Assembly (NCBI GenBank): GCA_964414795.1
Contig: CAYPWV010000002.1
Coordinates: forward strand, 5,057 to 69,056
Direction: 5' to 3'
Length of the DNA: 64,000 nucleotides
From: an uncultured Gammaproteobacteria bacterium
GTDB lineage: Bacteria > Patescibacteriota > Patescibacteriia > UBA9934
A model generated the notes under the pieces. It was not told the origin of the DNA and ran no database searches. It saw only the letters and a program-made list of their open reading frames with translations. The position numbers were made by a program, and so were the translations under genes. Numbering within the stretch: the stretch's first letter is position 1; each line of letters starts with the position of its first letter. Shown here piece by piece: positions 1 to 9,428 of this stretch.

Positions 1-522
1 CAGTCGGCAAAAAGATGGTCTTATCTTGGGCATCCTTATCCGGTTGGTGGACGTTCTTCTGAAGCTGGGCAAATGACGGGATTCCAGATGGATGCTGACG
101 AGTTTGGCTTTATGCAGAGCCTTTCTAATGAAGAAGTGGTTAAGATGAATGCCTCGCATAATGCCAGACTTGTGCTTTTCAATAGTTGTTTTTCTGCTCG
201 TATGGCCGGAGATGTTTTAGAGGCGAACCCGCACATTCAAGCAACGGTAGGCGTTGCGGGGCCTATGCTCATCGCCTTTGCCGATGATTTTAACCGCATA
301 TTCATGCTGTCTATTAAGCTCACAGGAATAGAAAATGCCGAGATGGGATTTCATTTGGCAACTGAGTCTCTCAAGTTGCTTTATAAACATCGCTATCCCG
401 ATTATAGTGAGCGGTTACCGTGGATTGACCAGATAGATCAGCTGCGTTTCTGTCGGAGAGAAAAAGATCCGCTTCCGCCTTTTCTTGGAGGGCCTTGGCG
501 TCAGAAATCTATTCTCCAATAA
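1..522 (+). CDS. CHAT-like (caspase-family) domain protein, 5'-truncated by window edge
   Basis: Frame is open from base 1. SYLGH and LVLFNSCFS resemble the His and Cys catalytic motifs of CHAT domains. Confidence 0.45.
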   Translation, partial: QSAKRWSYLGHPYPVGGRSSEAGQMTGFQMDADEFGFMQSLSNEEVVKMNASHNARLVLFNSCFSARMAGDVLEANPHIQATVGVAGPMLIAFADDFNRIFMLSIKLTGIENAEMGFHLATESLKLLYKHRYPDYSERLPWIDQIDQLRFCRREKDPLPPFLGGPWRQKSILQ

Positions 523-1330
523 TAACAGGAACTTTGAGTGCGTCGTCATTCTCAGGAAGTCCGGAAGGGTTATCTTTTTGCAAAACGAGCATTCCTGCAT
601 CGCCAATGATTTGCGGATCTGCGGTAAATGTGATTATTGCTTCAAAGGGAACGAAATTGCTTGTCATCCAATCGCTTTGGGCTTGCGCAATACCTTGTCC
701 GAGCATGTTTCCGTGAGCATCAAGAAGGTAAATAGGGAAGCTTGCTTCAAAAAACCAAGAACCACGTGCTTTTCCGGTGATGAGCAGGGGACTGTTGACT
801 GTAGTATTGGTTAGTGGTGAATTGAGGATAATCTTATCCGCATATTCATCGGTAACTTCAGACCAGATCACCTGTTTCATACCGGGTATCTGGAGAATAT
901 TCACTTCGACTTGCGGTTTGCAGCTGCACATACTCACAGACATACCCGCCCAAGCATCTATAGGAGAAATAATAACGATGCCGTCTTTTTCCGTAAACGT
1001 TGTTTGGCTCATAACCGTATGGCACATGCCTGTAGTTGAGGCATCAATTGTTGCGCGAATGATTTCTTCGGTACTTGGATTTGATTTTGCGATAATGCCG
1101 GTATTTTGTACGGTCAGCGATGCGCGATAGCCGGTGCTATTCATATTTTCTCCGTTACAGTACGCCGTTGTTTCTGACGGTGAGGTAAGATAGGTGAATG
1201 TGTATTCTTGTGAATTAGGTGCTGGGACGATAGGGGCTTTTGTTGCGTCATAAAGAGACGCTCCGTACAAACAACCCCCAAGAACAACAAAAAGCGCAAG
1301 TGCGATAAGGATATTTTTCTTCATATCCAT
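509..1330 (-). CDS. Exported protein with C-terminal Gmad2 immunoglobulin-like domain
   Basis: N-terminal signal/TM. C-terminal ITGKARGSWFFEASFP...DWMT..FVPF...KDNPSGLPE matches the Gmad2 pattern. Confidence 0.8.
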   Translation of the reverse strand: MDMKKNILIALALFVVLGGCLYGASLYDATKAPIVPAPNSQEYTFTYLTSPSETTAYCNGENMNSTGYRASLTVQNTGIIAKSNPSTEEIIRATIDASTTGMCHTVMSQTTFTEKDGIVIISPIDAWAGMSVSMCSCKPQVEVNILQIPGMKQVIWSEVTDEYADKIILNSPLTNTTVNSPLLITGKARGSWFFEASFPIYLLDAHGNMLGQGIAQAQSDWMTSNFVPFEAIITFTADPQIIGDAGMLVLQKDNPSGLPENDDALKVPVIIGE

Positions 1331-1358
1331 TATCGTACTCTCTTTTGAGAAAAGAATG

Positions 1359-1609
1359 CTATATTTTTCTGCTGTCGTAAGCCCAGTGGAGAACAGCTTG
1401 TCTTTGCGCAGGACGACACATGAAGTCTTTCGCCTGACAATTCTTTCTGATTTGTGTTATGTGTCTGGCAATAGCTTTCCATCGTTTTATTTGCCGTTCA
1501 TCTTCGGTGCCGAGTCGCCTTCCCACATAGTAGCGGCAGTACCACTGGAACCAACAACCGTGTAACCCTTTTGAAAAGTGTCATGTACGGTGATGGTCTT
1601 TTTTCTCAT
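1359..1609 (-). pseudogene. Internally deleted, frameshifted remnant of a conserved hypothetical protein
   Basis: ATG at 1609 gives MRKKTITVHDTFQKGY. A different frame gives WFQWYCRYYVGRRLGTEDERQIKRWKAIARH...RQAVLHWAYDSRKI* ending at 1359. The middle of the family protein appears to be missing. Confidence 0.65.
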
Positions 1610-2094
1610 ACGTTTAATATCCAAATCGAATAATTGAGATATGCGGCAAAGCTGACCCACAGAATATAGGGTACCAGGAGCCATGCGGCGAGTTTGGAGA
1701 CTTTTGCAAAAGTGACGATGGTTGCCGCAATTGCAAGCCAGAGGAACACGATTTCCACAAGCGCACCACGAGGACTTTGTAAGCCGAAGAAGATAATTGA
1801 CCAAAGAGTGTTGAATACGAGTTGCATTCCAAATAAAGCGAGCCCAATCTTGATTGTTTTCTTTTTATCCTCCGAAGCTTTAGCGTAGGAAGACCAGATC
1901 AAAAATGCGGCAATGCCCATAAGTGCAAACAGTGTCGTCCAGACCGGTCCGAACACCCACGCCGGAGGATTGATGGCTGGTTTTGTAATTCCCGCATACC
2001 ATCCTGTAACGGAGGGCGTTGTAAACACCGAACCGATTATTCCGGCAAGTTCTGAAATGGCAATAGCGATGATGAGCTTAAAAATATTTTTCAT
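1606..2094 (-). CDS. tspO: TspO/MBR family tryptophan-rich sensory protein
   Basis: WY..I.KP..NPPAWVFGPVWTTL and LLVPYILWVSFAAYLN motifs; 5 TM segments. Confidence 0.92.
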   Translation of the reverse strand: MKNIFKLIIAIAISELAGIIGSVFTTPSVTGWYAGITKPAINPPAWVFGPVWTTLFALMGIAAFLIWSSYAKASEDKKKTIKIGLALFGMQLVFNTLWSIIFFGLQSPRGALVEIVFLWLAIAATIVTFAKVSKLAAWLLVPYILWVSFAAYLNYSIWILNV

Positions 2095-2120
2095 GTGCAT
2101 TGAAGATGTTGATGCATCTA

Positions 2121-3878
2121 TTATAGCGGCCAATCGACGGGGAGTGTGCCGGTGAAGGGATAATCACCAAAAAGAACGTCTGTGATACCACCGCCTTCGC
2201 TTCCCGGTAGCCAAGCAGCGACAACGGCATCCCACGAATTAATGTATGGACGGATATCGAGCGGTCGTCCAGAAACAATAATAACAACAATTTTCTTGCT
2301 GATTGCCTGTACGTTTTGAATTGCTTGTAGATCTTCTGCGGAGAGTTCAGGGTGTGCATTGTCGCCAACGCCTTCGGCATAGGGCGCTTCGCCAACGATG
2401 ACGATGCCAATATCAGCACGTTCGTTGCGCACAGAAAAAAGTGCCGTTTCGCTGTACTCAATGACGGTGTTGTCACTGACGGCATCTTTAATTCCGTTAA
2501 GAATGGTCGTGCCGGGGATCCAGTTTCCGTCGATACCTTGCCATTCTATGGTCCATCCGCCAGATTGACGTCCAAGATTATTCGCTGACGACCCGGCGAT
2601 GACAATATGTGACAAGTTTTTGCTGAGAGGAAGTGTATTTGCGTCTTTTAAAAGGACTATCGACTTTTGTACAGCCTCGCGCGCAACGGTGCGATGGTTG
2701 GAAGAACCAATGGTGAGCAGCTCCTCGTTTTCGACAGGTTCAGTATCAAAGAGTCCGGTTGAGAACTTTGCACGAAGGATTCGTCGCGTTGCATCGTCCA
2801 ATCGCTCGTGCGAGATCGCGCCCGAATCAAGCGCACGTTCCATAGATGTTGTGAATGTTTGATAGTCGAAAGGAAGCATAACCATATCTACTCCAGCGTT
2901 GATAGCGGTAACGACGGCAAGATATGCATCGCTCGATATTTCGTTCACGCCATTCCAATCAGAAACGACGAAACCCGTAAATCCCAGTTCGTTCTTGAGG
3001 ACGTCTGTTAAAAGGTAATGATTCGCTGAAAGCTCAATACCATTCCATGAAACGTGACCAACCATGACACTTTTCACGCCAGCGTCAATTACTGCGGCAA
3101 ATGGGGGGAGATGCACTGCTCGCATGGTTGCTTCGTCAAGAAAAGTCGTGCCCTGATCAATGTGGAAATCTGGATTTGTGGAAGTTCCCCAAGTCATCGC
3201 ACCTGTCCCAAGATAATGCTTGGCAGTTCCCATAACAGCTTTTGACTGGAGACCCGTTAAATACGCAACGCTCAGTTCACTGACTGCGGCAGAGTTTGAA
3301 CCAAATGTTTCATAGGTTCGACCCCAACGAGTATCGTCAACAACATCAACGTTTGGTGAAAAGCTCCAATTCACACCGGTGGCCGAAATTTCCTGTGCAG
3401 TGATCTCACCGATGCGACGAACGAGATCCGGGTCATGAGTTGCTCCCAGCCCTAACGCATGAGGAAATATTGTCGCGCTAAGGACGTTGGTATGGCCGTG
3501 CACTGCATCAACGCCGTACAGGAGAGGGATTCCTAGTCGACTTTTTTGTGCGGCATGTTGAAAATCGTTGACCATGGTGAGCCATCCCTCTGGGGTATTT
3601 TGATCCGGATTGCCTCCACCTCCACTCAAAAGCGCACCAATTCCATATTTGGCAATGTCTGATGTATCTTTAATGCTATTTTTTTCAACCAACGCAAGTT
3701 GACCAATTTTTTCATTCGTCGTCATGCGACCAAGGAGATCTTCAACGCGTACATCAATAGAGAGCGATGCATCGCGGTAAGGAGCGTGAAGAAGTCGCGA
3801 GGCATTTTTCGCAGAAAAGAACAGCCCCGTTGCAACGGCTATAACAAACACTATGGGCAATATGTATGGACGCAACAC
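2121..3878 (-). CDS. Glycoside hydrolase family 3 (beta-glucosidase-like)
   Basis: DAVHGH, RWGRTYETF, AKHY, VVSDW nucleophile motif, C-terminal AWLPGSEG; N-terminal TM anchor. Confidence 0.93.
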   Translation of the reverse strand: MLRPYILPIVFVIAVATGLFFSAKNASRLLHAPYRDASLSIDVRVEDLLGRMTTNEKIGQLALVEKNSIKDTSDIAKYGIGALLSGGGGNPDQNTPEGWLTMVNDFQHAAQKSRLGIPLLYGVDAVHGHTNVLSATIFPHALGLGATHDPDLVRRIGEITAQEISATGVNWSFSPNVDVVDDTRWGRTYETFGSNSAAVSELSVAYLTGLQSKAVMGTAKHYLGTGAMTWGTSTNPDFHIDQGTTFLDEATMRAVHLPPFAAVIDAGVKSVMVGHVSWNGIELSANHYLLTDVLKNELGFTGFVVSDWNGVNEISSDAYLAVVTAINAGVDMVMLPFDYQTFTTSMERALDSGAISHERLDDATRRILRAKFSTGLFDTEPVENEELLTIGSSNHRTVAREAVQKSIVLLKDANTLPLSKNLSHIVIAGSSANNLGRQSGGWTIEWQGIDGNWIPGTTILNGIKDAVSDNTVIEYSETALFSVRNERADIGIVIVGEAPYAEGVGDNAHPELSAEDLQAIQNVQAISKKIVVIIVSGRPLDIRPYINSWDAVVAAWLPGSEGGGITDVLFGDYPFTGTLPVDWPL

Positions 3879-4010
3879 GATACTATTGAGTTTAGAAAAT
3901 CTTTACCGTGAGCGTATACTCATGTGTTCGTTCTGTATAGTTTGCAACGTGTACGATAGTCATCCAAAAAAAACATAAAACCTATACCATTTCTAATATC
4001 GGTTCCATGT

Positions 4011-4234
4011 GCCGTGAACCCATAAATTCATTTTGAGGCTAAAACAAAACAAAAAAATCTCTCGAGTCTGTTTGCGATCAATTTCATGATCCTGAGCGGA
4101 CTTGAGAGATTTTGTTTTTATTGGAGTTTATCGATTTCCAAATTTCTTTTTTACAATTTCAATTTTACCTATCGCACTATTCGTTCACATTTTTGTCGAA
4201 TATTAGCGGTGAAATGAATTTATGGGTTCACGGC
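4011..4234. mobile_element. MITE / non-autonomous IS derivative (224 bp)
   Basis: Perfect 23-bp terminal inverted repeats GCCGTGAACCCATAAATTCATTT (4011-4033 and 4212-4234). Flanking 4-bp direct repeat ATGT (4007-4010 and 4235-4238). Internal hairpin at ~4046-4119. No transposase. Confidence 0.8.
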
Positions 4235-4302
4235 ATGTGGTTCCGAATAGTGAACGGGTTCAGAGCGGTGAATTGGAAAGGGTGGAAGACCGCCTTGCCG
4301 CA

Positions 4303-4953
4303 TCATTTATCAGAAATCAACATTGCAGCGGCAGTATTTTGAAAATCTAAATTTGCAAGATACAAATCCTCCTGAATACCGTTGAGGCCAAAAATATCTC
4401 TGAAACCTTTACAATCAAGACATATACTGATTTCAAAAATGCACAAAGCCGTGGCCTCGGTCATGATTCTATTATTTCTTTGGTCGCCATCATTCAGAAA
4501 CCCAAGCGTTATAGATAAAATATTTGGATGGGCTAGGTTACTCAGCCATTTATAAACTTTTTTAAAAGATTCTTTGTCACCAATCCAAGGTGGCACGCTC
4601 GGTCTTTTATCGGACGTCTTATGATTTCCCCATTTTTGCAAACTCGATTTACCCGAATACGTGGCAAATTGGGTAATCTTGTTTGCTTGATCTGTTGGAT
4701 CTGACAAGAAATAGAAATTCAGTAGCATTTCATGGTTATATCGTTGCAGAAGAGCAAATATTAAAGGATCTTCGAGTGATAATAAAGCGTAAAGATTTGA
4801 TCGAAATCTCCTAAGAAATATTCTGTAAATTTGTTTTACATCTAGGTCATCGGGGATATTGATGGTGGATGATGACCCTTCTTCAATGAGCGTAATATAC
4901 TTATCTAGGTGCGAAATAAAATCTTTTAATATTTTTTGATGATGGATTTCCAT
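4303..4953 (-). CDS. Hypothetical protein, DUF5677/HEPN-like
   Basis: Helical protein with LQRYNHE and YKWLSNLAHP (R...E and Y..LS...H pattern); AT-rich. Confidence 0.45.
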   Translation of the reverse strand: MEIHHQKILKDFISHLDKYITLIEEGSSSTINIPDDLDVKQIYRIFLRRFRSNLYALLSLEDPLIFALLQRYNHEMLLNFYFLSDPTDQANKITQFATYSGKSSLQKWGNHKTSDKRPSVPPWIGDKESFKKVYKWLSNLAHPNILSITLGFLNDGDQRNNRIMTEATALCIFEISICLDCKGFRDIFGLNGIQEDLYLANLDFQNTAAAMLISDK

Positions 4954-5016
4954 AGTGGTTAGGACTCATCTTTTTTCTAGCATAAAACAAAACTCGAACC
5001 ATTTTTAGTTTAAGTC

Positions 5017-5250
5017 TTACTTCTTTATCCAAATTTCTTTTTCAATTCCTGATTGAACGATAATACTCTTTAATGTACGAGGCTTGATAGCATGTGTGCC
5101 GTGAAAGGGAACGCACACTTGTCGGAATAAATCGTTTGCATTTCTTACGTAGAAGTAATGACTGCCATGTGTGTGATTGAGAACAAAGTGATGATTTTTA
5201 AGAAAACGTACGACATCTTCAGCAGTCCAATTGAAAATTCCCTTGGTCAT
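5017..5250 (-). CDS. hicA: HicA family mRNA interferase toxin
   Basis: 77 aa; GSH motif, VPFHG, TLKSII..SGI. Confidence 0.85.
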   Translation of the reverse strand: MTKGIFNWTAEDVVRFLKNHHFVLNHTHGSHYFYVRNANDLFRQVCVPFHGTHAIKPRTLKSIIVQSGIEKEIWIKK

Positions 5251-5253
5251 ACA

Positions 5254-5595
5254 TTACGCAGCAACGAGTGTTTGACGTGCAAGAGCGTTGCAAATATCCA
5301 TCCGACCTGACGCGTATACATTCGTTTGTTTCTTAACGGGTGACGTTTCAAGACTTTCCCACATTTTTTCGTATTCTTTATCAGGTTGTTGATTGAGAAT
5401 ATGAGGACGAGCTTTTATTTTTTGTGCAGATGCCAAATAACCTTGCGTTGCTTCAAAAAGAAGAAGAAGTGCTTCTTCGGGAGTGTCACCAGATTCTACA
5501 ATATTAAACTCCAAACAAACCCCATACCATACATCGTCTTCGCGAAATACAATGTATCGTACGCTTCCCTGATGAAGGGTATTTTTTTGTCGCAT
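5254..5595 (-). CDS. hicB: HicB-like antitoxin
   Basis: WYGVCLEFNIVESGDTPEEAL (HicB partial RNase H fold); directly upstream of hicA. Confidence 0.75.
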   Translation of the reverse strand: MRQKNTLHQGSVRYIVFREDDVWYGVCLEFNIVESGDTPEEALLLLFEATQGYLASAQKIKARPHILNQQPDKEYEKMWESLETSPVKKQTNVYASGRMDICNALARQTLVAA

Positions 5596-5629
5596 ATCAG
5601 TCAGAATACAATGTTCAGATGATTTGGTA

Positions 5630-5932
5630 TTATTTATCCTTAAAATAATACCCGCTTATTACACCGACGAATGGTCCGAGAATTCCTGCGTAAGTAGCGA
5701 GAAAGTTCAACGTATCAATTCTTAATGTTTCAGTTGCGTATAGGTTATAAATTGGTGCACCAATCAAGATTACTCCAATTCCCGTCAAGAAAAACAGAAT
5801 GATGTATTTAGCGATTGTAGCTCTGAATGTAATCCCAAACTTTTCAGGATCGAATGATTCAATCTGGTCATTTGAAACTGAAACATTTCCTCCAAATACA
5901 TCAATCGCTTCCTTTCGTTCGGTATCAAGCAT
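5630..5932 (-). CDS. Small 2-TM membrane protein
   Basis: Two hydrophobic segments; ends VISGYYFKDK; start overlaps the upstream ORF stop. Confidence 0.65.
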   Translation of the reverse strand: MLDTERKEAIDVFGGNVSVSNDQIESFDPEKFGITFRATIAKYIILFFLTGIGVILIGAPIYNLYATETLRIDTLNFLATYAGILGPFVGVISGYYFKDK

Positions 5933-6152
5933 AATGTCCGTGAATCACCCAAACGTCCCCATCTTTTGTCATTGCAAGTTCACGTCCGACATATTCAAAA
6001 ATATCAATCCCACCAAATTCAATCCCGCGACGAAATTTCACGCCTGGTCCAAATTCAATGCCACCAAGTCGTATTCTTGCCTTAGGCTCAAGAGTTCCAT
6101 CAGGGTGTGAATTGAATATTTGGTTGAAGTTAATTCTCAAGTATTCAGGCAT
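5925..6152 (-). CDS. Small Gly-rich hypothetical protein (75 aa)
   Basis: ATG at 6152 (MPEYLRIN); internal repeat GIEFG twice; overlaps the next gene. Confidence 0.6.
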   Translation of the reverse strand: MPEYLRINFNQIFNSHPDGTLEPKARIRLGGIEFGPGVKFRRGIEFGGIDIFEYVGRELAMTKDGDVWVIHGHYA

Positions 6153-6178
6153 ATCGATAAAACTATAGTACTCTAAAT

Positions 6179-6337
6179 TTAGGTCGCATTTTTTATGCCT
6201 AGCGTTGCTCCACAATTCTCACAGTAAAAGATTTCAATCCAATTCAAATCCATTTGGCTTAAACTTACATCTTTTTGTTTGTAGCCTAAATTAACTCCGT
6301 TGATCACCGCACCGCATTTTCCGCAAATCGGTTCCAT
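6179..6337 (-). CDS. Small zinc-ribbon protein (52 aa, not in ORF track)
   Basis: Manual translation MEPICGKCGAVING...IFYCENCGATLGIKNAT*; two CxxC pairs. Confidence 0.65.
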   Translation of the reverse strand: MEPICGKCGAVINGVNLGYKQKDVSLSQMDLNWIEIFYCENCGATLGIKNAT

Positions 6338-6421
6338 ATTTCTTAATTAAATCGATCAGCAGCTCACCAATTGCTTGATGCTCTAGTGACCGACCGTGTC
6401 TATTTTACGAGACACTGTCGT

Positions 6422-6448
6422 TCATGGCTCGGCGGGCGGATCTCGAAC
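6422..6448 (-). other. Degenerate tRNA-Asn 3'-end copy, putative left island junction (att)
   Basis: TCATGGCTCGGCGGGCGGATCTCGAAC aligns ungapped with 43637-43663 (TCATGGCTCCGGGGGAGGGGATCGAAC); 21 of 27 positions identical, same orientation. Confidence 0.5.
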
Positions 6449-6587
6449 TCACTTTCCATCAATGATTGAGGGGTCTTTTGAGGGGGTCGAACTGGCACCT
6501 GGGTCTCATCAAGGTGAGACATTTGAGACAGTACAGAGGGGGTCTGTCTCACGCAAAAACAGCGAATCTAAAGGGATTTTAACAAAT

Positions 6588-7058
6588 ATGCAAACACGAA
6601 CAGGACACGAACAAAATCGAAGATTTACGGATGAAGAGATCGGGCAATTCGTGAGATTCGGCGAGTTACTCGAGGGCATTCACCGGCGACTTGAGGGATG
6701 GAAAGAACGGCTCAAAACTGAACCTGATGGCTTTCCGATAACCTACGGAATTTACGACTGCAACCTATGTCGCCGATCCATGAGAGATAACGAGGGTTGG
6801 TACGACCGGTATGGTCTCAAGTGTCCGCTATGCCGAAAGGCGGTCGACGAAGGTATCGTCCCGGGATCGGCAGTCCTCGATGATAAGACATGGTTTTCAG
6901 TTACTCAGTTATCGACGAAATACGGATGGCATCACACGACGGTTCAGGCGAAAGCGCGAAGTGGCGAGTTGAAAGCAAGGGTTGTTAGAAATGCTGATGG
7001 CAGACCGTACTTTTATGTATTTCTGAAGGAAGAGAATCCAAGCCTGGATTCTGAGTGA
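6588..7058 (+). CDS. Hypothetical protein with Zn-binding CxxC pairs and C-terminal excisionase-like HTH
   Basis: CNLC...CPLC; WFSVTQLSTKYGWHHTTVQAKARSGELKAR resembles MerR/Xis HTH; converges on the recombinase. Confidence 0.55.
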   Translation: MQTRTGHEQNRRFTDEEIGQFVRFGELLEGIHRRLEGWKERLKTEPDGFPITYGIYDCNLCRRSMRDNEGWYDRYGLKCPLCRKAVDEGIVPGSAVLDDKTWFSVTQLSTKYGWHHTTVQAKARSGELKARVVRNADGRPYFYVFLKEENPSLDSE

Positions 7059-8378
7059 TTACTGGACGACTGATTCCTCTTCCTGTTGCTCGGAAGGCAA
7101 AAGACGAAACTTCTTGTGCGTATAAACGAGGCGGCTCCGCAAATGCCCGAGGAGTTCGCGCTTTTCGGTCTTGGAGCCGTCCATGAGGACGTACTTGGCG
7201 TATGCCCGAATATTCAGCTCGATTTCTTCCGCTTTGAGATCCGTGGGCTTGCCCAGAACGTGATTTAAAAACTTGCCGTATCGGGTGACCTCTTCGTCAA
7301 ATTTATAACGAATGCCAAGCTCGTCTATTTCTGCGGTGTCGATGATACCGACTAGCTCCTTGATCAACTCCTCCTCGCGAATATAGCTATTTTTGCAAAA
7401 TCGATCCCGCCCACGACTGCACCCGTAATAAATGTAATGAGCCATTGTGCCATCACTTAGTTTCTTCACCTTGTCCTCGGCAACAATGCCAGATCCGCAA
7501 AGACCACAGGTAAAAAGACGGACAAAAGAAAACTCCTTCACACTTCGCTTGGTTTGAATACGATGAAGTCGATCCTGAACCTTTTGAAACAACGCCTTCG
7601 TAATGATTGGCTCATGCTTGCCCGTATGCCACTTACCGCTTTTCTTGGGATGCTCAAATCGCCCGTAGTAAAAAGGATTATTCAGCGTTCTTTGAACGCT
7701 ACTGTGGGCGAAAACCTTTCCGTGATGCGAGCGAAACCCGATATCCTTCAGCCACTGGTAAATATTCCTCGTACTCATGCGATTATTAGCCACCTTCTCG
7801 AACATCTGTTTGATGGTAGGTGCTCGACTGGTATCGATGATCACTTCGCACTTTTTATCCGTACGATTTTGGTTGAGGTAGCCAATAGGCGCAGGACCCG
7901 GCCATAATCCAGCCTGGACACGCGAACGGATACCGCGTTTTACGTTTACGCTTCGGTTGTCGTTCTCCAATTTTGCCTGACTGCCAAGAATCATGAGCAG
8001 GAATTTCTCGTTGGGTGAATTCGTAAAACGCTGGTTGAATGTCCGAATATCAATAAGTTTTCCCGCATCCATCAAATCAACAAGCGCACCCAAATCACCA
8101 GCATTGCGGCTTAAGCGATCGGTCGCCCAGGTAAGAATGCCGCCAAACTTGCCGAAACGAACATCATTGATCAGCTCGTTGAAAATCGGTCTGTCTCCCC
8201 GCGACTTTGCGGAACGGCTTTCACGCTTTATCTCCTTGATGCTTAAGCCTTCGCGCTCGGCGAGTTTCTGCATCTCTTTGATTTGGGAATCGATGGAAAG
8301 AGATTGACGCTCCTCCGATTCGCTACTTTTTCGCGCATAGAGACAGTATGCAATTGGCTTTTGCACTTTTTCTTGCAT
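7059..8378 (-). CDS. Large serine recombinase (LSR1)
   Basis: YCLYARKSSE catalytic motif, DRLSRN, recombinase domain (GKHEPII), zinc ribbon CGLC...YYGC...C; likely start MQEKVQK. Confidence 0.93.
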   Translation of the reverse strand: MQEKVQKPIAYCLYARKSSESEERQSLSIDSQIKEMQKLAEREGLSIKEIKRESRSAKSRGDRPIFNELINDVRFGKFGGILTWATDRLSRNAGDLGALVDLMDAGKLIDIRTFNQRFTNSPNEKFLLMILGSQAKLENDNRSVNVKRGIRSRVQAGLWPGPAPIGYLNQNRTDKKCEVIIDTSRAPTIKQMFEKVANNRMSTRNIYQWLKDIGFRSHHGKVFAHSSVQRTLNNPFYYGRFEHPKKSGKWHTGKHEPIITKALFQKVQDRLHRIQTKRSVKEFSFVRLFTCGLCGSGIVAEDKVKKLSDGTMAHYIYYGCSRGRDRFCKNSYIREEELIKELVGIIDTAEIDELGIRYKFDEEVTRYGKFLNHVLGKPTDLKAEEIELNIRAYAKYVLMDGSKTEKRELLGHLRSRLVYTHKKFRLLPSEQQEEESVVQ

Positions 8379-8385
8379 ACCGATT

Positions 8386-8712
8386 CTATTTCTTCTTTGG
8401 TTTTGGCGTGGGTAAATTTTTTTCAGTAATGACGACGAGCTTCGAAAGCCACTCACGATTTTCCAGCAAGTCCCCATGTATTTCCATTGATGCCTTTGCT
8501 CCTGGATACGCAAAACCTTCCTTGTAGTCCTCGCCAACAAACTGTTTTCCAGCATCCGTAATCTTAATGAAGAGCGCATCATCGCAGATTAATCCGACAA
8601 CTTTGTGAGATACATACAGGGCGTACTCGCCAAACATTTTCTTGGCTTCGATGGTAGGTAGATCAGCTAACTGATCAAGAATGTAATCCACAGTTGACTG
8701 TTTTGTTGGCAT
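8386..8712 (-). CDS. TfoX N-terminal domain protein
   Basis: KKMFGEYALY...VGLICDDALFIK, YPGAK, C-terminal PKPKKK. Confidence 0.85.
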   Translation of the reverse strand: MPTKQSTVDYILDQLADLPTIEAKKMFGEYALYVSHKVVGLICDDALFIKITDAGKQFVGEDYKEGFAYPGAKASMEIHGDLLENREWLSKLVVITEKNLPTPKPKKK

Positions 8713-8733
8713 ACGGATGAAGAAAAACCAGAA

Positions 8734-9426
8734 CTAACTCACAATATATTCGCGGATGAGTATCTTTGCGTACTCTTCTCCGGAATGAATGATCATTTTT
8801 TTGGCGAATACCAGATGGATAGAATAGATGATTCCAAGAGCAATCGACGTTCGCAAAGCTGACCCATCAGGATAAAGCCATGCAAAAACAATAACGCTTA
8901 CCGCTGATGCGAACAACGAAATAATTGACCCTCCGGCGAGGTTCCTCCAGAAACCATATTCTGCATTGTGCTGACCGATGAGGTGCCCCTTTTTCATTTT
9001 TCCGCAGATGCAGGATACCGCCTCACAAATAGTCTTGCGGGAGTGGACGGAGTCAGATTGTTCGGCTTCAATGCTTGGAATTTGAATATTGAAGTCCGAC
9101 AAGATTTTTCCATGCACCTTTTCTGTGAAATCACTTGTAAAAAAGTCGTTGAGATGCAACAGGAAATTTGTCGTCGGCATGTTCAGTCCATTGTTAAACA
9201 TTCTCTTCTGGTACAGTTCTTTTGATAAATACTTTGCCAGTTGCACGAATAGATACAATAGAACGAGAGGAATCGTAATATCAGAAACGAACTGGAGTCC
9301 GAAGATACTGTCAACAAGATCACCGATCAGTGGTCGCAAAGCGCGAAAATATAGTACAAGGAACGGAATGACACCGAGGATACCTGGGAATATTCGCGCG
9401 ACGAGTGTATATGCATCTGGTTTCAT
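8734..9426 (-). CDS. Multi-pass (about 4 TM) membrane protein
   Basis: DAYTLVARIFPG start, two TM pairs around a soluble loop, NAEYGFWRNL; start 2 nt after the MBL stop. Confidence 0.75.
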   Translation of the reverse strand: MKPDAYTLVARIFPGILGVIPFLVLYFRALRPLIGDLVDSIFGLQFVSDITIPLVLLYLFVQLAKYLSKELYQKRMFNNGLNMPTTNFLLHLNDFFTSDFTEKVHGKILSDFNIQIPSIEAEQSDSVHSRKTICEAVSCICGKMKKGHLIGQHNAEYGFWRNLAGGSIISLFASAVSVIVFAWLYPDGSALRTSIALGIIYSIHLVFAKKMIIHSGEEYAKILIREYIVS

Positions 9427-9428
9427 AT

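Noticed and set aside
4303-6337. Integron cassette array
   Set aside because: No attC-like RYYYAAC...GTTRRRY palindromes between the small genes and no tyrosine integrase.
8379-8582. N-terminal extension of LSR1 given in the ORF track
   Set aside because: It overlaps the tfoX-like gene; alignment with LSR2 supports the start at 8378.
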